The position numbers were made by a program, and so were the translations under genes. The notes below the pieces were generated by a model. That model made no database searches. It saw only the letters and a list, made by a program, of their open reading frames with translations, and was not told the DNA's origin. A DNA stretch of 64,000 nucleotides from Bdellovibrionales bacterium (GTDB lineage: Bacteria; Bdellovibrionota; Bdellovibrionia; Bdellovibrionales; JAUICD01). How positions within the stretch are numbered: the stretch's first letter is position 1; each line of letters starts with the position of its first letter. Below are positions 1 to 9,380 of the stretch, piece by piece. Location: NCBI GenBank assembly GCA_965197425.1, contig CBDANC010000015.1:352001-416000 (forward strand), read 5' to 3'.

Positions 1-21
1 AAACTTACCTTAAATATTCCC

Positions 22-717
22 GTGTCCTCATCTATACCAATTCAACCTAAAAAAACAAACATGATGGGTGGTACTTCGCAACCAGGTCAGCATAATAAAC
101 CACTATTTAAAAATCACGCTAGTACGCAAAAGCAACTATCCTCTCATGCTAACTCGTCTAGTAACACACTAGCTCCTTTTAAAGATCGTTCTGTAAAATT
201 CTCTGAGTTAAGTAGTAAAGATAGGGAAGTTTCTAGTTTGTTGGATAATAAAGTTTCATCTAATGTTGGTGTTAAGTTTCATGAAGTTGAGTGTTCACAT
301 AGTTTTACTGCTTTGGTATTTGATTTCTTTGTAGTTTCTGGTTTGTTTTTGACTGCTTCTTTTATGTTATTTGTTGTTACTGATTTAAATATGGATGTAT
401 TTTTAACAGGGCTTGCTCGTGATCCTATTACTCAGGGTATGATGGCCACTTTGTTTTTTTCTATTTCAATATTTTATTTGGTTCTGTCTAGAAGTGTAAC
501 TTTTTGTACTTTGGGTGAGTGGGCATTGGATATGAAGCTGGGCAATGAAAAACACAGAAGTAGTGTATTTTATCCAATTAAAGTATTCCTCAGAAGTTTT
601 ATTATTTTGATAACAGGAGTGTTACCCATCACCTTGTTAAGCCTTGTTAGAAGAAAAGATTGTTTAAGAAGAATACTGCCTTTAGTTAAAACTGTACCAT
701 CAAACAATAAATCTTAA
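22..717 (+). CDS. RDD-family membrane protein (C-terminal RDD-like domain; start uncertain, may extend off window)
   Basis: Hydrophobic helices with ALVFDFFVV...TLGEWALDMKL...LRS pattern typical of RDD domains. Confidence 0.6.
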   Translation: MSSSIPIQPKKTNMMGGTSQPGQHNKPLFKNHASTQKQLSSHANSSSNTLAPFKDRSVKFSELSSKDREVSSLLDNKVSSNVGVKFHEVECSHSFTALVFDFFVVSGLFLTASFMLFVVTDLNMDVFLTGLARDPITQGMMATLFFSISIFYLVLSRSVTFCTLGEWALDMKLGNEKHRSSVFYPIKVFLRSFIILITGVLPITLLSLVRRKDCLRRILPLVKTVPSNNKS

Positions 718-893
718 ACCAACACTGGTTGGATCGGGCAGGCAGGCAATCCGGCAATCCGGCAGACAGGCAATCGGGCAATCAAGCAGACAGGCCATCC
801 GGAATTTGGCAATTGTCTCCTTTTTTAAAAAAATATTTCCTCCTAGGTAAAAACTATAGAGCAAATATTTTTTCTAAAAAAAGGAGACAACTT

Positions 894-1253
894 ATGAAAA
901 AATTAAAAACATACCAACTAGCTATTAAATTCTATAAAAATTCTAGAGACCTTCACCTAAAGGAACCACTTAAGGATCAGTTCCAAAGAGCTACCCTAAG
1001 CATTGTACTAAATATTGCAGAAGGAAGTGCCAAACCGACCGCAGGGAGGTTATTTCAATTGGAAAATATAAAGATTTATCCCGTGAGCCAATTGAACCAA
1101 CCCACAACAAAAGATAGAAGAAAGTATTATAGAACCAGCCTCGGCTCACTCAGAGAAACACAAGCAATACTAGAAATCATAAACCACAAAAACCTAATAG
1201 AAGAAGCAAATATACTCGGAGGATATCTATACAAACTGTGTAAGAATACATAG
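894..1253 (+). CDS. Four-helix-bundle protein (23S rRNA IVP/Avd-like), copy A, with 22-aa in-frame insertion
   Basis: QFQRATLSIVLNIAEG...SLGSLRE motif; ATG 894 after AAGGAG matches the starts of the paralogs; ORF-track start at 729 is repeat-derived. Confidence 0.85.
   Translation: MKKLKTYQLAIKFYKNSRDLHLKEPLKDQFQRATLSIVLNIAEGSAKPTAGRLFQLENIKIYPVSQLNQPTTKDRRKYYRTSLGSLRETQAILEIINHKNLIEEANILGGYLYKLCKNT
1035..1100 (+). repeat. 66-bp hairpin miniature element, copy 1 (in-frame inside copy A gene)
   Basis: Absent from the four paralogous genes; 64/66 identical to reverse complement of 10157-10222; internal TTCAATTGG/CCAATTGAA inverted repeat. Confidence 0.85.
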
Positions 1254-1339
1254 GATAGAGCAGGCAATCGGGCAATCGGGCAATCGGGCAATCGGGCAAT
1301 CCGGCAGTCGGGCAGACAGTATCAGGTATCTAGCTTCTT

Positions 1340-1470
1340 TTAATTTTTCCAAAAAAATTAAGGATATTACGGGTGCCTGGTGGCGGATGTCAGATGCAGA
1401 TAACAGATCCCGGAGTGCCAGATCCCAGAGCTGATTGGGTAAATCGGACAATCAGACAGGCGCAGATAAG
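1340..1470 (-). repeat. Gene-less (solo) cassette leader, heptamer type, after the stop of the convergent gene
   Basis: Reverse complement GATCTGGCACTCCGGGATCTGTTATCTGCATC...CCGTAATATCCTTAATTTTT resembles 48734-48806 upstream of copy E. Confidence 0.7.
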
Positions 1471-1478
1471 TGAAGTAG

Positions 1479-2696
1479 TTAAGTTTGTTCTGGAGGCGGC
1501 GGAGTTTGTTCTGGCGGCTTATTTGCTTCCTTATGTTTTTCTAGTAGATCAGCTATAAATGATTGTGCTTCACTTGCAATTGTTCTTAGCTCACCTTCAG
1601 AAGACTGGGATATTTTTTCCAATTTTTCTGTCATCGTTTCATATTCGGAGGTGTCTATCTTAGTTTGCTCGTTTACACTAGAGATACTTCTTTGTTGTGT
1701 CTCTTCAGAACCTTCTTGTGTAGGCTGATCTTCTTCGTGAGAAGCTAGGTTTCTTTGTGCTAATTTTTTTCCAATTTTGATGGCTTCTATTTTTACAGAG
1801 AAGTCTTCGTCATCCAAAACTTGGTTTATTATGCTTGCGTGTTTATATGACGAAGTATACTGTTCTAATGATTCACTTGCCTTACTTACTACATAGTCAA
1901 ATGGTGAGTTATTTTTTTGATAAGCTAATTCTTTAAAACTTCTTGGGCTTGGAGTTTGTGATAAAGCGAGAAGGCCATGCTGCCTTACCAAGGCATTTTC
2001 ACTTTTTAATGTGTTAGATATTATAGAATAAAATGTTGCAGCGGATACTTCACCAGCGTGAAACGCGTCTATAAACCTTTTTGTTGTTTTCAGCGATGGA
2101 GAGCTTAGTAGTGATTTGGACCAGTGACCTGTGTTGTTGTCCACTTGGTTTGGGGTGTTAGTTTGATCATACATAGGGCTTACAGCTCCACCAGCTACAT
2201 AGCCGGGGAATGCGTTGTTTGCTTGTGGAGATGAATCATCGAAATCTGCATCTTCCGTATCTCCTAACATAGCTGTTTGATCATGTGGGGCTATTGGCGC
2301 TCCACCTACTACTCTTACAGCAACAGTATTTTTTGCTTTTTGACTTCCTTTTTTCTTTTCAGCTTTCTTGTTGTCATCAGTTTTTTTCTTTTCAGCTTTT
2401 TTTGCACTTCTCTTTTTTTCTTTTTCTTCGTCCTCGTCTTCTTGTGGTTTTTCTACCAATGGAGGTTGTTCAGGCTCTTTTTTTTCTCTGGTTGTTTTTT
2501 TAAACGAAATGGATTTATTAAGCCATACCTTTTTCTCTAGGGTAGTTCTTTTTCCAAGAATACCCAGGTCTCTTTTTTCCTCGTGTATCTCTCTGGTATT
2601 GTTTGCAGAAAATATCATACCAATGGCTCCAACCATTACAGTTGTAACCACAATAAATGCTATCTTTTGCTTCTTGGAAAACATGCCAAAACCCAC
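1479..2696 (-). CDS. Hypothetical membrane-anchored protein with Lys/Glu-rich linker and helical-repeat-like C-terminus
   Basis: 405-aa ORF with N-terminal hydrophobic helix; no family recognised. Confidence 0.6.
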   Translation of the reverse strand: MGFGMFSKKQKIAFIVVTTVMVGAIGMIFSANNTREIHEEKRDLGILGKRTTLEKKVWLNKSISFKKTTREKKEPEQPPLVEKPQEDEDEEKEKKRSAKKAEKKKTDDNKKAEKKKGSQKAKNTVAVRVVGGAPIAPHDQTAMLGDTEDADFDDSSPQANNAFPGYVAGGAVSPMYDQTNTPNQVDNNTGHWSKSLLSSPSLKTTKRFIDAFHAGEVSAATFYSIISNTLKSENALVRQHGLLALSQTPSPRSFKELAYQKNNSPFDYVVSKASESLEQYTSSYKHASIINQVLDDEDFSVKIEAIKIGKKLAQRNLASHEEDQPTQEGSEETQQRSISSVNEQTKIDTSEYETMTEKLEKISQSSEGELRTIASEAQSFIADLLEKHKEANKPPEQTPPPPEQT

Positions 2697-2855
2697 CCTC
2701 TAGACAAATACACCACTTTAGGATCATACAAAGTGGCAACTTTCTCAACAGGCCTTTAGCCCTGAATACTAATATCGGAGCTTTTTTATGGATCTATAGT
2801 TTAGTGTGCTAGGCATTTTGGAGATGTGGTTTTTAAATATGCTCTGTGATAGCAT

Positions 2856-3707
2856 TTGTTAATGTTAGAGACTTTAGATTTGCTCTGTAAAAAAGCAGGT
2901 ACTGATCAAAGATCATTTTCTGAATTGTTAACTTTTATTGAAAATGTAGGCCCTAAGGTTCTTGCTTCCTCCTATCTGCTAAGACCTAAGAGTATGGCAT
3001 TTAGATTGGGTATTACAGGTCCTCCTGGAGCTGGAAAATCAAGTTTAATAGATTGTTTTTTGAACAATTTGACTGAAAAAAAAGTTGGAGTTCTAGCAAT
3101 AGACCCAACCAGCCCATACTCAAATGGAGCTCTGTTAGGAGATAGAATCCGCTATCAAGGCCATAAAAATGTATTTGTTAGATCTATTGGAACCAGAGGA
3201 GATGTTGGTGGAATCTGTGCTGTAAGCTATTTAATGTTGAGGGCTTTTGACTGTGCTGGTTTTGACATAGTATTTGTTGAAACAGTTGGAGTGGGTCAAA
3301 CTGAATGGGAAATCATGCATGCTGCAGATGAAGTAGGAGTGGTACTAGTCCCTGAAAGTGGGGATGGAATTCAAGCTATGAAGGCAGGGCTTATGGAAAT
3401 AGCAGACTTTTTTATTGTAAATAAATCAGATAGAGGTGGTGCAAAATCCCTAAAAAATGAGCTTGTGAATATTTCTAAAAATGGAAAGCATCCTCCAGTA
3501 TTTGAAACTTCAACTGTTTTAAATAAAGGGATAGATGAGGTTATGGAGCATATTTTAGGGCCCAAGGAGTTTAAAAGAGATACTCCTGACAGAATAAGAG
3601 CAGAAGCGCGCGCCCTTTTTAGATTAAATGTAACAAATGATCTTTTAGAAAAAACAAAAAATATTACAGATCTAAAATCGCTAAAAAACTTTTTTGTAAA
3701 TACTTAG
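2856..3707 (+). CDS. meaB: MeaB/ArgK-family GTPase (methylmalonyl-CoA mutase chaperone)
   Basis: GITGPPGAGKSS, AIDPTSP, GALLGDRIR, ETVGVGQ, NKSD motifs. Confidence 0.9.
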   Translation: MLMLETLDLLCKKAGTDQRSFSELLTFIENVGPKVLASSYLLRPKSMAFRLGITGPPGAGKSSLIDCFLNNLTEKKVGVLAIDPTSPYSNGALLGDRIRYQGHKNVFVRSIGTRGDVGGICAVSYLMLRAFDCAGFDIVFVETVGVGQTEWEIMHAADEVGVVLVPESGDGIQAMKAGLMEIADFFIVNKSDRGGAKSLKNELVNISKNGKHPPVFETSTVLNKGIDEVMEHILGPKEFKRDTPDRIRAEARALFRLNVTNDLLEKTKNITDLKSLKNFFVNT

Positions 3708-3711
3708 TGGA

Positions 3712-3751
3712 ACGGGATCAGCATCGTGTTCCAGAGCTGGGGAAGACCTTA
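3712..3751 (+). repeat. Minimal (empty) form of modular GAAGACCTTTA repeat
   Basis: ACGGGATCAGCATCGTGTTCCAGAGCTGGG joined directly to GAAGACCTTA; the same ends flank longer interiors elsewhere. Confidence 0.7.
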
Positions 3752-3754
3752 AAT

Positions 3755-4363
3755 TTAGTTTTGTTCTCGATCTGGTTCGATAATTTCTATCATAACGAGA
3801 CCATTTTCTCTTGATTTAGCAATCGCAAGTCCTACTTCCTCTGAGTCATCAAATAAAGTAAACTCTTCTGTTAATTCACCTTCATCAAAGTTTTCAGAAG
3901 CAAGTTCTATTGAATCAAACTCGACATGCCAAATTTTTCTGTGTTTTTTTATAAATTTTCCTCTGTCCTGTACTTCCATCATATCTGCATCTTGGCTTAA
4001 GTGTACCTGTGATATTTTATTAAGTTCTCTCTTTATGGTGTACTGTCCATATAGTACACCAAACTGAAATTGCTCAAGCTGATTGGCTCTTCTGCCAACA
4101 GAGTATAGAGTTTTGGAAGATTTTCTAGCAAGCCTCCTGAGCTGCTTTGTTCCCTCTTGTGACTCTTCAAAATTTGCAATTGCTCTTTTTTGATCAGGAT
4201 CATCAGTTGTATTTAGGACGTTTAGCATTGGAACAGCAAACAAAGTAAATACAATAGCAAAACATGCTCCAACCTGCTTGGCTCTCAAATAGTTTCTTTT
4301 TGGTTTGTCCCTGACAACAGTTGGAAATTTAACTATGTTGTTATTACTTTTTTTCTTTTTCAA
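3755..4363 (-). CDS. Hypothetical single-pass membrane protein
   Basis: 202-aa ORF with one hydrophobic segment. Confidence 0.55.
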   Translation of the reverse strand: MKKKKSNNNIVKFPTVVRDKPKRNYLRAKQVGACFAIVFTLFAVPMLNVLNTTDDPDQKRAIANFEESQEGTKQLRRLARKSSKTLYSVGRRANQLEQFQFGVLYGQYTIKRELNKISQVHLSQDADMMEVQDRGKFIKKHRKIWHVEFDSIELASENFDEGELTEEFTLFDDSEEVGLAIAKSRENGLVMIEIIEPDREQN

Positions 4364-4516
4364 TTAAAACCTCTAAATTTTCCTAATATTTAAGTTTACC
4401 AAATACTGGATTCCCCAAGCTTATCGGCAAAACTAGTGTAAGTAAGAGAGCCTAAAGTATACTAACCACCATCTTAACAGATTGACCAGAGTTTGCAAGA
4501 CCAAGGTATTATTTTC

Positions 4517-5019
4517 AGGCAATCAGGCATTCTGGCAATCCGACATTCAGGGATCCGGTAATCAGTTATCGGTTAGCAGATAACAGATCTCAGATAACTG
4601 ATTGCCGGATCAAGTGTTTTTCCATAATTGGTATAAGAATCCCCCTAATGTATCTATTTCCTTTACGAGGTTTTTGTTGTCTATGATATCTAATATGGCC
4701 TGTACTTCTCTAAGGGAGCCTAGGCTTATCGCATAGAATCTTTTTCTATCTTTTGGTGTTGGTTTAGCACTTCCTTCTGCAATATTAAGGACAATGCTTA
4801 GAGTAGCTCTTTGGAATTGATTTCTAAGAGGTTCTCTTAGACAAAGCTTTTTTGAGTTTTGATAAAACTCTTTAGCTAGTTGGTATGTTTTTAATTTTTT
4901 CATAAAAAATTTCCTCCTTACTATCTTTTGATGGGAGGAAATTTTTTTGAAAAAATTAAATCAGTTGCCTGGTTACCGATATCAGTTCCCAGATAACAGA
5001 TCTAATCGATCATTCCGGA
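4517..5019 (-). mobile_element. Four-helix-bundle cassette copy B (heptamer-type leader)
   Basis: Begins at putA stop; ATCTG-type repeats; hairpin AAAAAATTTCCTCC/GGAGGAAATTTTTT abutting ATG; downstream 18/19-bp inverted repeat 4552-4570/4593-4611. Confidence 0.65.
4610..4903 (-). CDS. Four-helix-bundle protein (IVP/Avd-like), copy B
   Basis: 97 aa, NQFQRATLSIVLNIAEGSAK...SLGSLREVQ, ends LWKNT. Confidence 0.85.
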   Translation of the reverse strand: MKKLKTYQLAKEFYQNSKKLCLREPLRNQFQRATLSIVLNIAEGSAKPTPKDRKRFYAISLGSLREVQAILDIIDNKNLVKEIDTLGGFLYQLWKNT

Positions 5020-7917
5020 TTAGAAGAGGGAAGGGGAATGAGATGTCTGTGGAGCAAATCCTCTTCTAGTGCTATTTTCGGTGATACATATTGGTTCCAA
5101 AAATTGTAACAAATAATCTTTACCACCAGTTTTACTACCAACACCAGATAATTTTATTCCACCAAATGGGTGTCTGTTTACCATTGCTCCAGTTATGTTC
5201 CTGTTTATATAAATATTACCAGCCTCCAAGTGTTCTGTAACATATTCTATATTCTTAGGGCTTCTGGAATATATTCCACCTGTGAGACCATAGATAGTGT
5301 GGTTGGCAATATCAACTGCATGAGAAATGTTATCTGCTTTTAGAACAGATAATACTGGTCCAAAAATTTCAATTTGTGCTACAAAACAGTCCTTTGATAC
5401 ATCCGTGAAAATAGTTGGAGGAACATAAAATCCACCTTCAATTTTTTCTCCCCGATAGCTTATAGTGTTTTTGGTTTTTTCAATAATAGAGTTGATTCTA
5501 TCAAAAGCATCCTGACTTATTACAGGTCCTAAATGTACCCTGGGATCGGATGCATTTTCTTGAACCAAACTTTTTGTGGTGTTAATCAATCTATCCACAA
5601 ATTTTTGGTAAATTTGGTCGAATACAATTACTCTGCTGCAAGCTGAACATTTTTGACCAGAAAATCCAAAAGCAGAAGTTACAACTCCATCCACTGCTTC
5701 ATCCAGGTCTGCATTTGAATCGACAATTATAGAGTTTTTACCACCCATCTCTATTATACATTTCTTAACACCCCTCTGCCCCTCCTTAGTTTTAGAGGCA
5801 GCATCAGCCATTGCCAAACCAACTTCTTTAGAACCTGTAAAAGCGATTAAACTCACATCCTTATGTTCAACCAAGGCCTTACCTATTGTTTCACCTACTC
5901 CAGGTAAAAAGTTTATCACTCCTTTAGGTAACACTTCATTTGCAATGTCCATAAACATAGAGGCAATAACAGAACTTTCTTCAGCAGGCTTCATCACGAC
6001 TGTATTACCCGAAACTACACTAGCAGCAGTCATACCAGAAAGTATAGCCAACGGAAAATTCCAAGGAGCTATAACAGCACAAACTCCCTTAGATAAATAT
6101 TTATATTTTGTATACTCTCCCTTTATATCTCCAACAAAAATATCACCGTCCAAATGTCTCATGTGTTTAGCGTAATATCTTAAAAAATCTATGGCTTCAG
6201 TGATATCTGCATAGGCTTCTTCCCATGGTTTTCCAACCTCTAGTGTCTGTATGGTTGCAAAATCAAATCTACTTTCTAATATTTTGTCAGCTAGTTTATC
6301 TATAAGATCTGCTCTTGTAGATACACTCTCATTTTTCCACAATTTGTGTGCCTTTTTAGCTTCTTCCACGGCATGATCCACATCTTCTATTCTAGCTAAG
6401 TGGATTTTTCCTACAATCTCGTTAGTTTTTGATGGATTTATACTATCTAGAATTTGACCTGTCTTTATATGCTTGCCACCAATTACTAAGGGGCACTCTT
6501 TGATCTGCTTTTTGTTTCTTTCCAACGCTTCTAAGAATAACCGCCTGTTTTTTTCAATAGTAAAATCTAAGATTGGTTCATTTTCAAAAATTTTTGGTTT
6601 TGGATCAGGTTCTTCGGTGAAAGTAGGTTTATTTAATAGAAGATTATTATCCTGCTTTTGCTCAAACTTACTTAACAAAAATGACTCATTGGAAGTATTT
6701 TCTAAAAGCCTTCTTACTAGATAAGCCATTCCAGGAATAAGTTCTCCTATAGGGACATACTCTCTTATCCGTACTTGTTTTTCTACTAAAGCTCTTTTTA
6801 TTTCATCAGCCATTCCGTATAGCATCTGAATTTCTATTTCTACCTTCTTTTGATTAGCATAAGCAATACCATGTGATATTGATCTCACATTGTGAGAACC
6901 AATCGCAAGATTCATATATTCGTGATTATCTATTATTAACTTTGTACACTCTTCAAAATTAAAATCAGAGTTTCCCTTAATAGTGTAAACAGGGATAGGC
7001 CAATTTCTCTGGTCAGCCATTATAATCTCATGATCCCAATAAGCTCCCTTTACCAACCTAACTGTTATAGGAGTTTTTCTTTCGTTAAGTATTTGGATTA
7101 ACTTTTCTATATCTGAGAATGAAGATTTTAAATAAGCCTGTATCACTATTCCTAAGTGTGGATACGCTTTAAACTCATCTTCCATTATTATCTCTCTAAA
7201 CACTTCTAAAGTAATGTCTTTTAGATCAAAATGTTCCATATCTATGTTTATAAAAACATCATTTTTAATTGCGTCTGCTAAAATTGGTCTTAAACTTTCT
7301 TTGATTCTATTTTTTGAATCTTCCCAAGCAGCTACTTTTATGTGATCACAGATGGAACTTAGTTTTACTGATAAATTGGTTTGTGGGATTTTTTCATTTT
7401 CCTGTTTGAACTCTTTTTGCTTTGAAAAATATTTAATTAAACTCAGGTATGCACTCTGATACATCAGAGCTTCTTCTTTATTTAATGTGGCTTCCCCCAA
7501 TAAATCCAGGGTAAAATGCAAATTATTTTTTCTTCTCTTAAGCAAGGTTTTTAAGGCATCCTTTTCATCTTTACCTGCAATAAAAATTTTGCCCATTTGA
7601 TTTACTTGCCTCTTTACACCAGCAGCTACGGCAGCGGGTAGTAACTTGCCCACACCTAAGCCAAGGCCAAACATTTTTGGTAAACCACCATCTTGGGCGA
7701 AGTATTCGTGTAAAGTATTATAGATCTCCTCACTAGTAGTTAAACTAGGAAGTACATCCACAAACCTAAACATGTTAGTCTTGATGGTTTCATTTTTTAC
7801 ACACATTCGCATCATTTGGCCATACCACCAGTCTTTATTAAAAAAAGACTTTGTGTCATCACCCATTAGCTTAAAAATTTCTAAGCCAGTTTGTTTTGTG
7901 TAGTACTCAGTATCCAT
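5020..7917 (-). CDS. putA: Bifunctional proline dehydrogenase / P5C dehydrogenase
   Basis: RLVKGAYWD, AYLVRRLLEN, FTGS, EMGGKN, GQKCSACSR, EIFGP motifs. Confidence 0.95.
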   Translation of the reverse strand: MDTEYYTKQTGLEIFKLMGDDTKSFFNKDWWYGQMMRMCVKNETIKTNMFRFVDVLPSLTTSEEIYNTLHEYFAQDGGLPKMFGLGLGVGKLLPAAVAAGVKRQVNQMGKIFIAGKDEKDALKTLLKRRKNNLHFTLDLLGEATLNKEEALMYQSAYLSLIKYFSKQKEFKQENEKIPQTNLSVKLSSICDHIKVAAWEDSKNRIKESLRPILADAIKNDVFINIDMEHFDLKDITLEVFREIIMEDEFKAYPHLGIVIQAYLKSSFSDIEKLIQILNERKTPITVRLVKGAYWDHEIIMADQRNWPIPVYTIKGNSDFNFEECTKLIIDNHEYMNLAIGSHNVRSISHGIAYANQKKVEIEIQMLYGMADEIKRALVEKQVRIREYVPIGELIPGMAYLVRRLLENTSNESFLLSKFEQKQDNNLLLNKPTFTEEPDPKPKIFENEPILDFTIEKNRRLFLEALERNKKQIKECPLVIGGKHIKTGQILDSINPSKTNEIVGKIHLARIEDVDHAVEEAKKAHKLWKNESVSTRADLIDKLADKILESRFDFATIQTLEVGKPWEEAYADITEAIDFLRYYAKHMRHLDGDIFVGDIKGEYTKYKYLSKGVCAVIAPWNFPLAILSGMTAASVVSGNTVVMKPAEESSVIASMFMDIANEVLPKGVINFLPGVGETIGKALVEHKDVSLIAFTGSKEVGLAMADAASKTKEGQRGVKKCIIEMGGKNSIIVDSNADLDEAVDGVVTSAFGFSGQKCSACSRVIVFDQIYQKFVDRLINTTKSLVQENASDPRVHLGPVISQDAFDRINSIIEKTKNTISYRGEKIEGGFYVPPTIFTDVSKDCFVAQIEIFGPVLSVLKADNISHAVDIANHTIYGLTGGIYSRSPKNIEYVTEHLEAGNIYINRNITGAMVNRHPFGGIKLSGVGSKTGGKDYLLQFLEPICITENSTRRGFAPQTSHSPSLF

Positions 7918-8042
7918 TAATGTTTATGTCTCTAAAACAAAATTTCAGGATGTTGATTTACCACTTTGCTCTGTCAGTTGTCAATTTAAGCCTTAAGGCA
8001 CAGGCTATGGTTTATGACCTTTTTTCTTGTAAAGTTAAATAG

Positions 8043-8963
8043 TTAAGTAGTTTTAGTTCTTAAAAAAGTTTCTTTAGCTTTTTCTATATCGCTTTCTATT
8101 TGAGCTATTAGATCTTTTGTTGAATTAAACTTTTTCTCTTCTCTTAGGTAATTATAGAAATCTAATTTAACTTCGGAGCCATAAATATCTTTATTGAAAT
8201 TCATTAGGTGTGTTTCAACATGTTTTTTGTTTTCTTCCGAAAAAGTTGGTCTGTGACCAATATTAGTAACTGAATTATAGGAACGGTTCTCAACATATGT
8301 TTTTGTGACATAGACTCCGTTTTTAGGTAATAAACTTGTTGTGGTTTTTAGGTTCATGGTAGGAAAACCTAGCAATTTCCCTCGGTTTTCACCCCTGATG
8401 ACCGTGCCTCTTATTGAATATGGTTCGCCTAAAAGATCGTTTGTAGATTCTATATTTTCCAGAATGGTTTTTCTTATCAAGGTACTTGAAACAATGTGAT
8501 CATTTATTTTGAATGGTTCTATGAGCTTTAGTTCGAAGTTAAACTTTTTTGCAAAATTAGTGAGGCTGGAGGTATTACCTTCCCTTTTATGTCCAAACGC
8601 AAAATCATGACCTATCACCAAACACTTTGGGTTAAGTGATCCTACGATAAGTTTAACAAAATCTTCTGCACTAACTTGAGATAGCTCTTTATTAAATTTT
8701 AATACCACAAGATAATCTATGCTTTGGTTTTTGATTTTTTCTTTCTGTAATTTTAAATCAGTGATTCTTAAAATTTTTCTGTTAAAAAATTCACCAGGAT
8801 GAGGATCAAATATTATAACTACACTAGGTACATTGTAATAAGCACTTTTAGTTTTTAATTTAGAAAAAATGTACTTATGACCTTTGTGAACTCCATCAAA
8901 AGAGCCAATAGTTACAACCGAAGAATGCAGTAGTTTGTCTTTAAGGCTGGTTATGATTTCCAA
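8043..8963 (-). CDS. ribF: Bifunctional riboflavin kinase / FAD synthetase
   Basis: GSFDGVHKGH, SSTLIR, GFPTMN, GVYVT, LREEKKF motifs. Confidence 0.95.
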   Translation of the reverse strand: MEIITSLKDKLLHSSVVTIGSFDGVHKGHKYIFSKLKTKSAYYNVPSVVIIFDPHPGEFFNRKILRITDLKLQKEKIKNQSIDYLVVLKFNKELSQVSAEDFVKLIVGSLNPKCLVIGHDFAFGHKREGNTSSLTNFAKKFNFELKLIEPFKINDHIVSSTLIRKTILENIESTNDLLGEPYSIRGTVIRGENRGKLLGFPTMNLKTTTSLLPKNGVYVTKTYVENRSYNSVTNIGHRPTFSEENKKHVETHLMNFNKDIYGSEVKLDFYNYLREEKKFNSTKDLIAQIESDIEKAKETFLRTKTT

Positions 8964-9179
8964 TTTATGAATCCCAGTTAAAAAAGTTGTAAATTACTTT
9001 GTAAGCTTGGTAAAAACAAAACATTTTAAAGATGTAATCTTGATTGCTGTGTGTCAAGCTTGGTTTTTATCTATTCATCTTCAAGGCTTGGCGAATTTTG
9101 TTGCCAGATCCCAGACTGCCAGTTTGCCTGAGTGCCTATCTGGTGAAGACCTTTAGTAACTTAAGTCATATTATACCTA

Positions 9180-9277
9180 CAGAGCTGGGCAACCCTGATA
9201 CTGAAAGTACCTTAGCTACACTTGTGCTTCGCACTGCACTTCGCTAAGGCAACTTTCAGTTTCAGTGAAGACCTTTA
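9180..9277 (+). repeat. Modular GAAGACCTTTA repeat with type I hairpin interior
   Basis: CAGAGCTGGGCAAC...ACTGAAAGT...ACTTTCAGT...GAAGACCTTTA; closely similar inverted copy at 9991-10089. Confidence 0.8.
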
Positions 9278-9337
9278 GTGTCATATTTTTTATTTGCATT
9301 TTGAGTGGTGGTGAGCGAAGAGTTTTGTTTGTGTGGG

Positions 9338-9380
9338 ACGGGATCAGCATGTGTCCAGTGTTGGATTAGGAAGACCTTTA
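9338..9380 (+). repeat. Short form of modular repeat ending at the exonuclease start codon
   Basis: ACGGGATCAGCATGTGTCCAG...GGAAGACCTTT-ATG. Confidence 0.65.

Larger units (their letters stand above)
733..1316 (+). mobile_element. Four-helix-bundle cassette copy A (octamer array, SD-sequestering hairpin, gene, downstream octamer array)
   Basis: Degenerate ATCGGGCA octamers ~733-800; inverted repeat TTGTCTCCTTTTTT (813-826) / AAAAAAGGAGACAA (877-890); gene 894-1253; octamers ~1261-1316. Mobility inferred from dispersed copies. Confidence 0.65.

Noticed and set aside
4610..4903. 23S rRNA intervening sequence context
   Set aside because: No rRNA sequence flanks any copy
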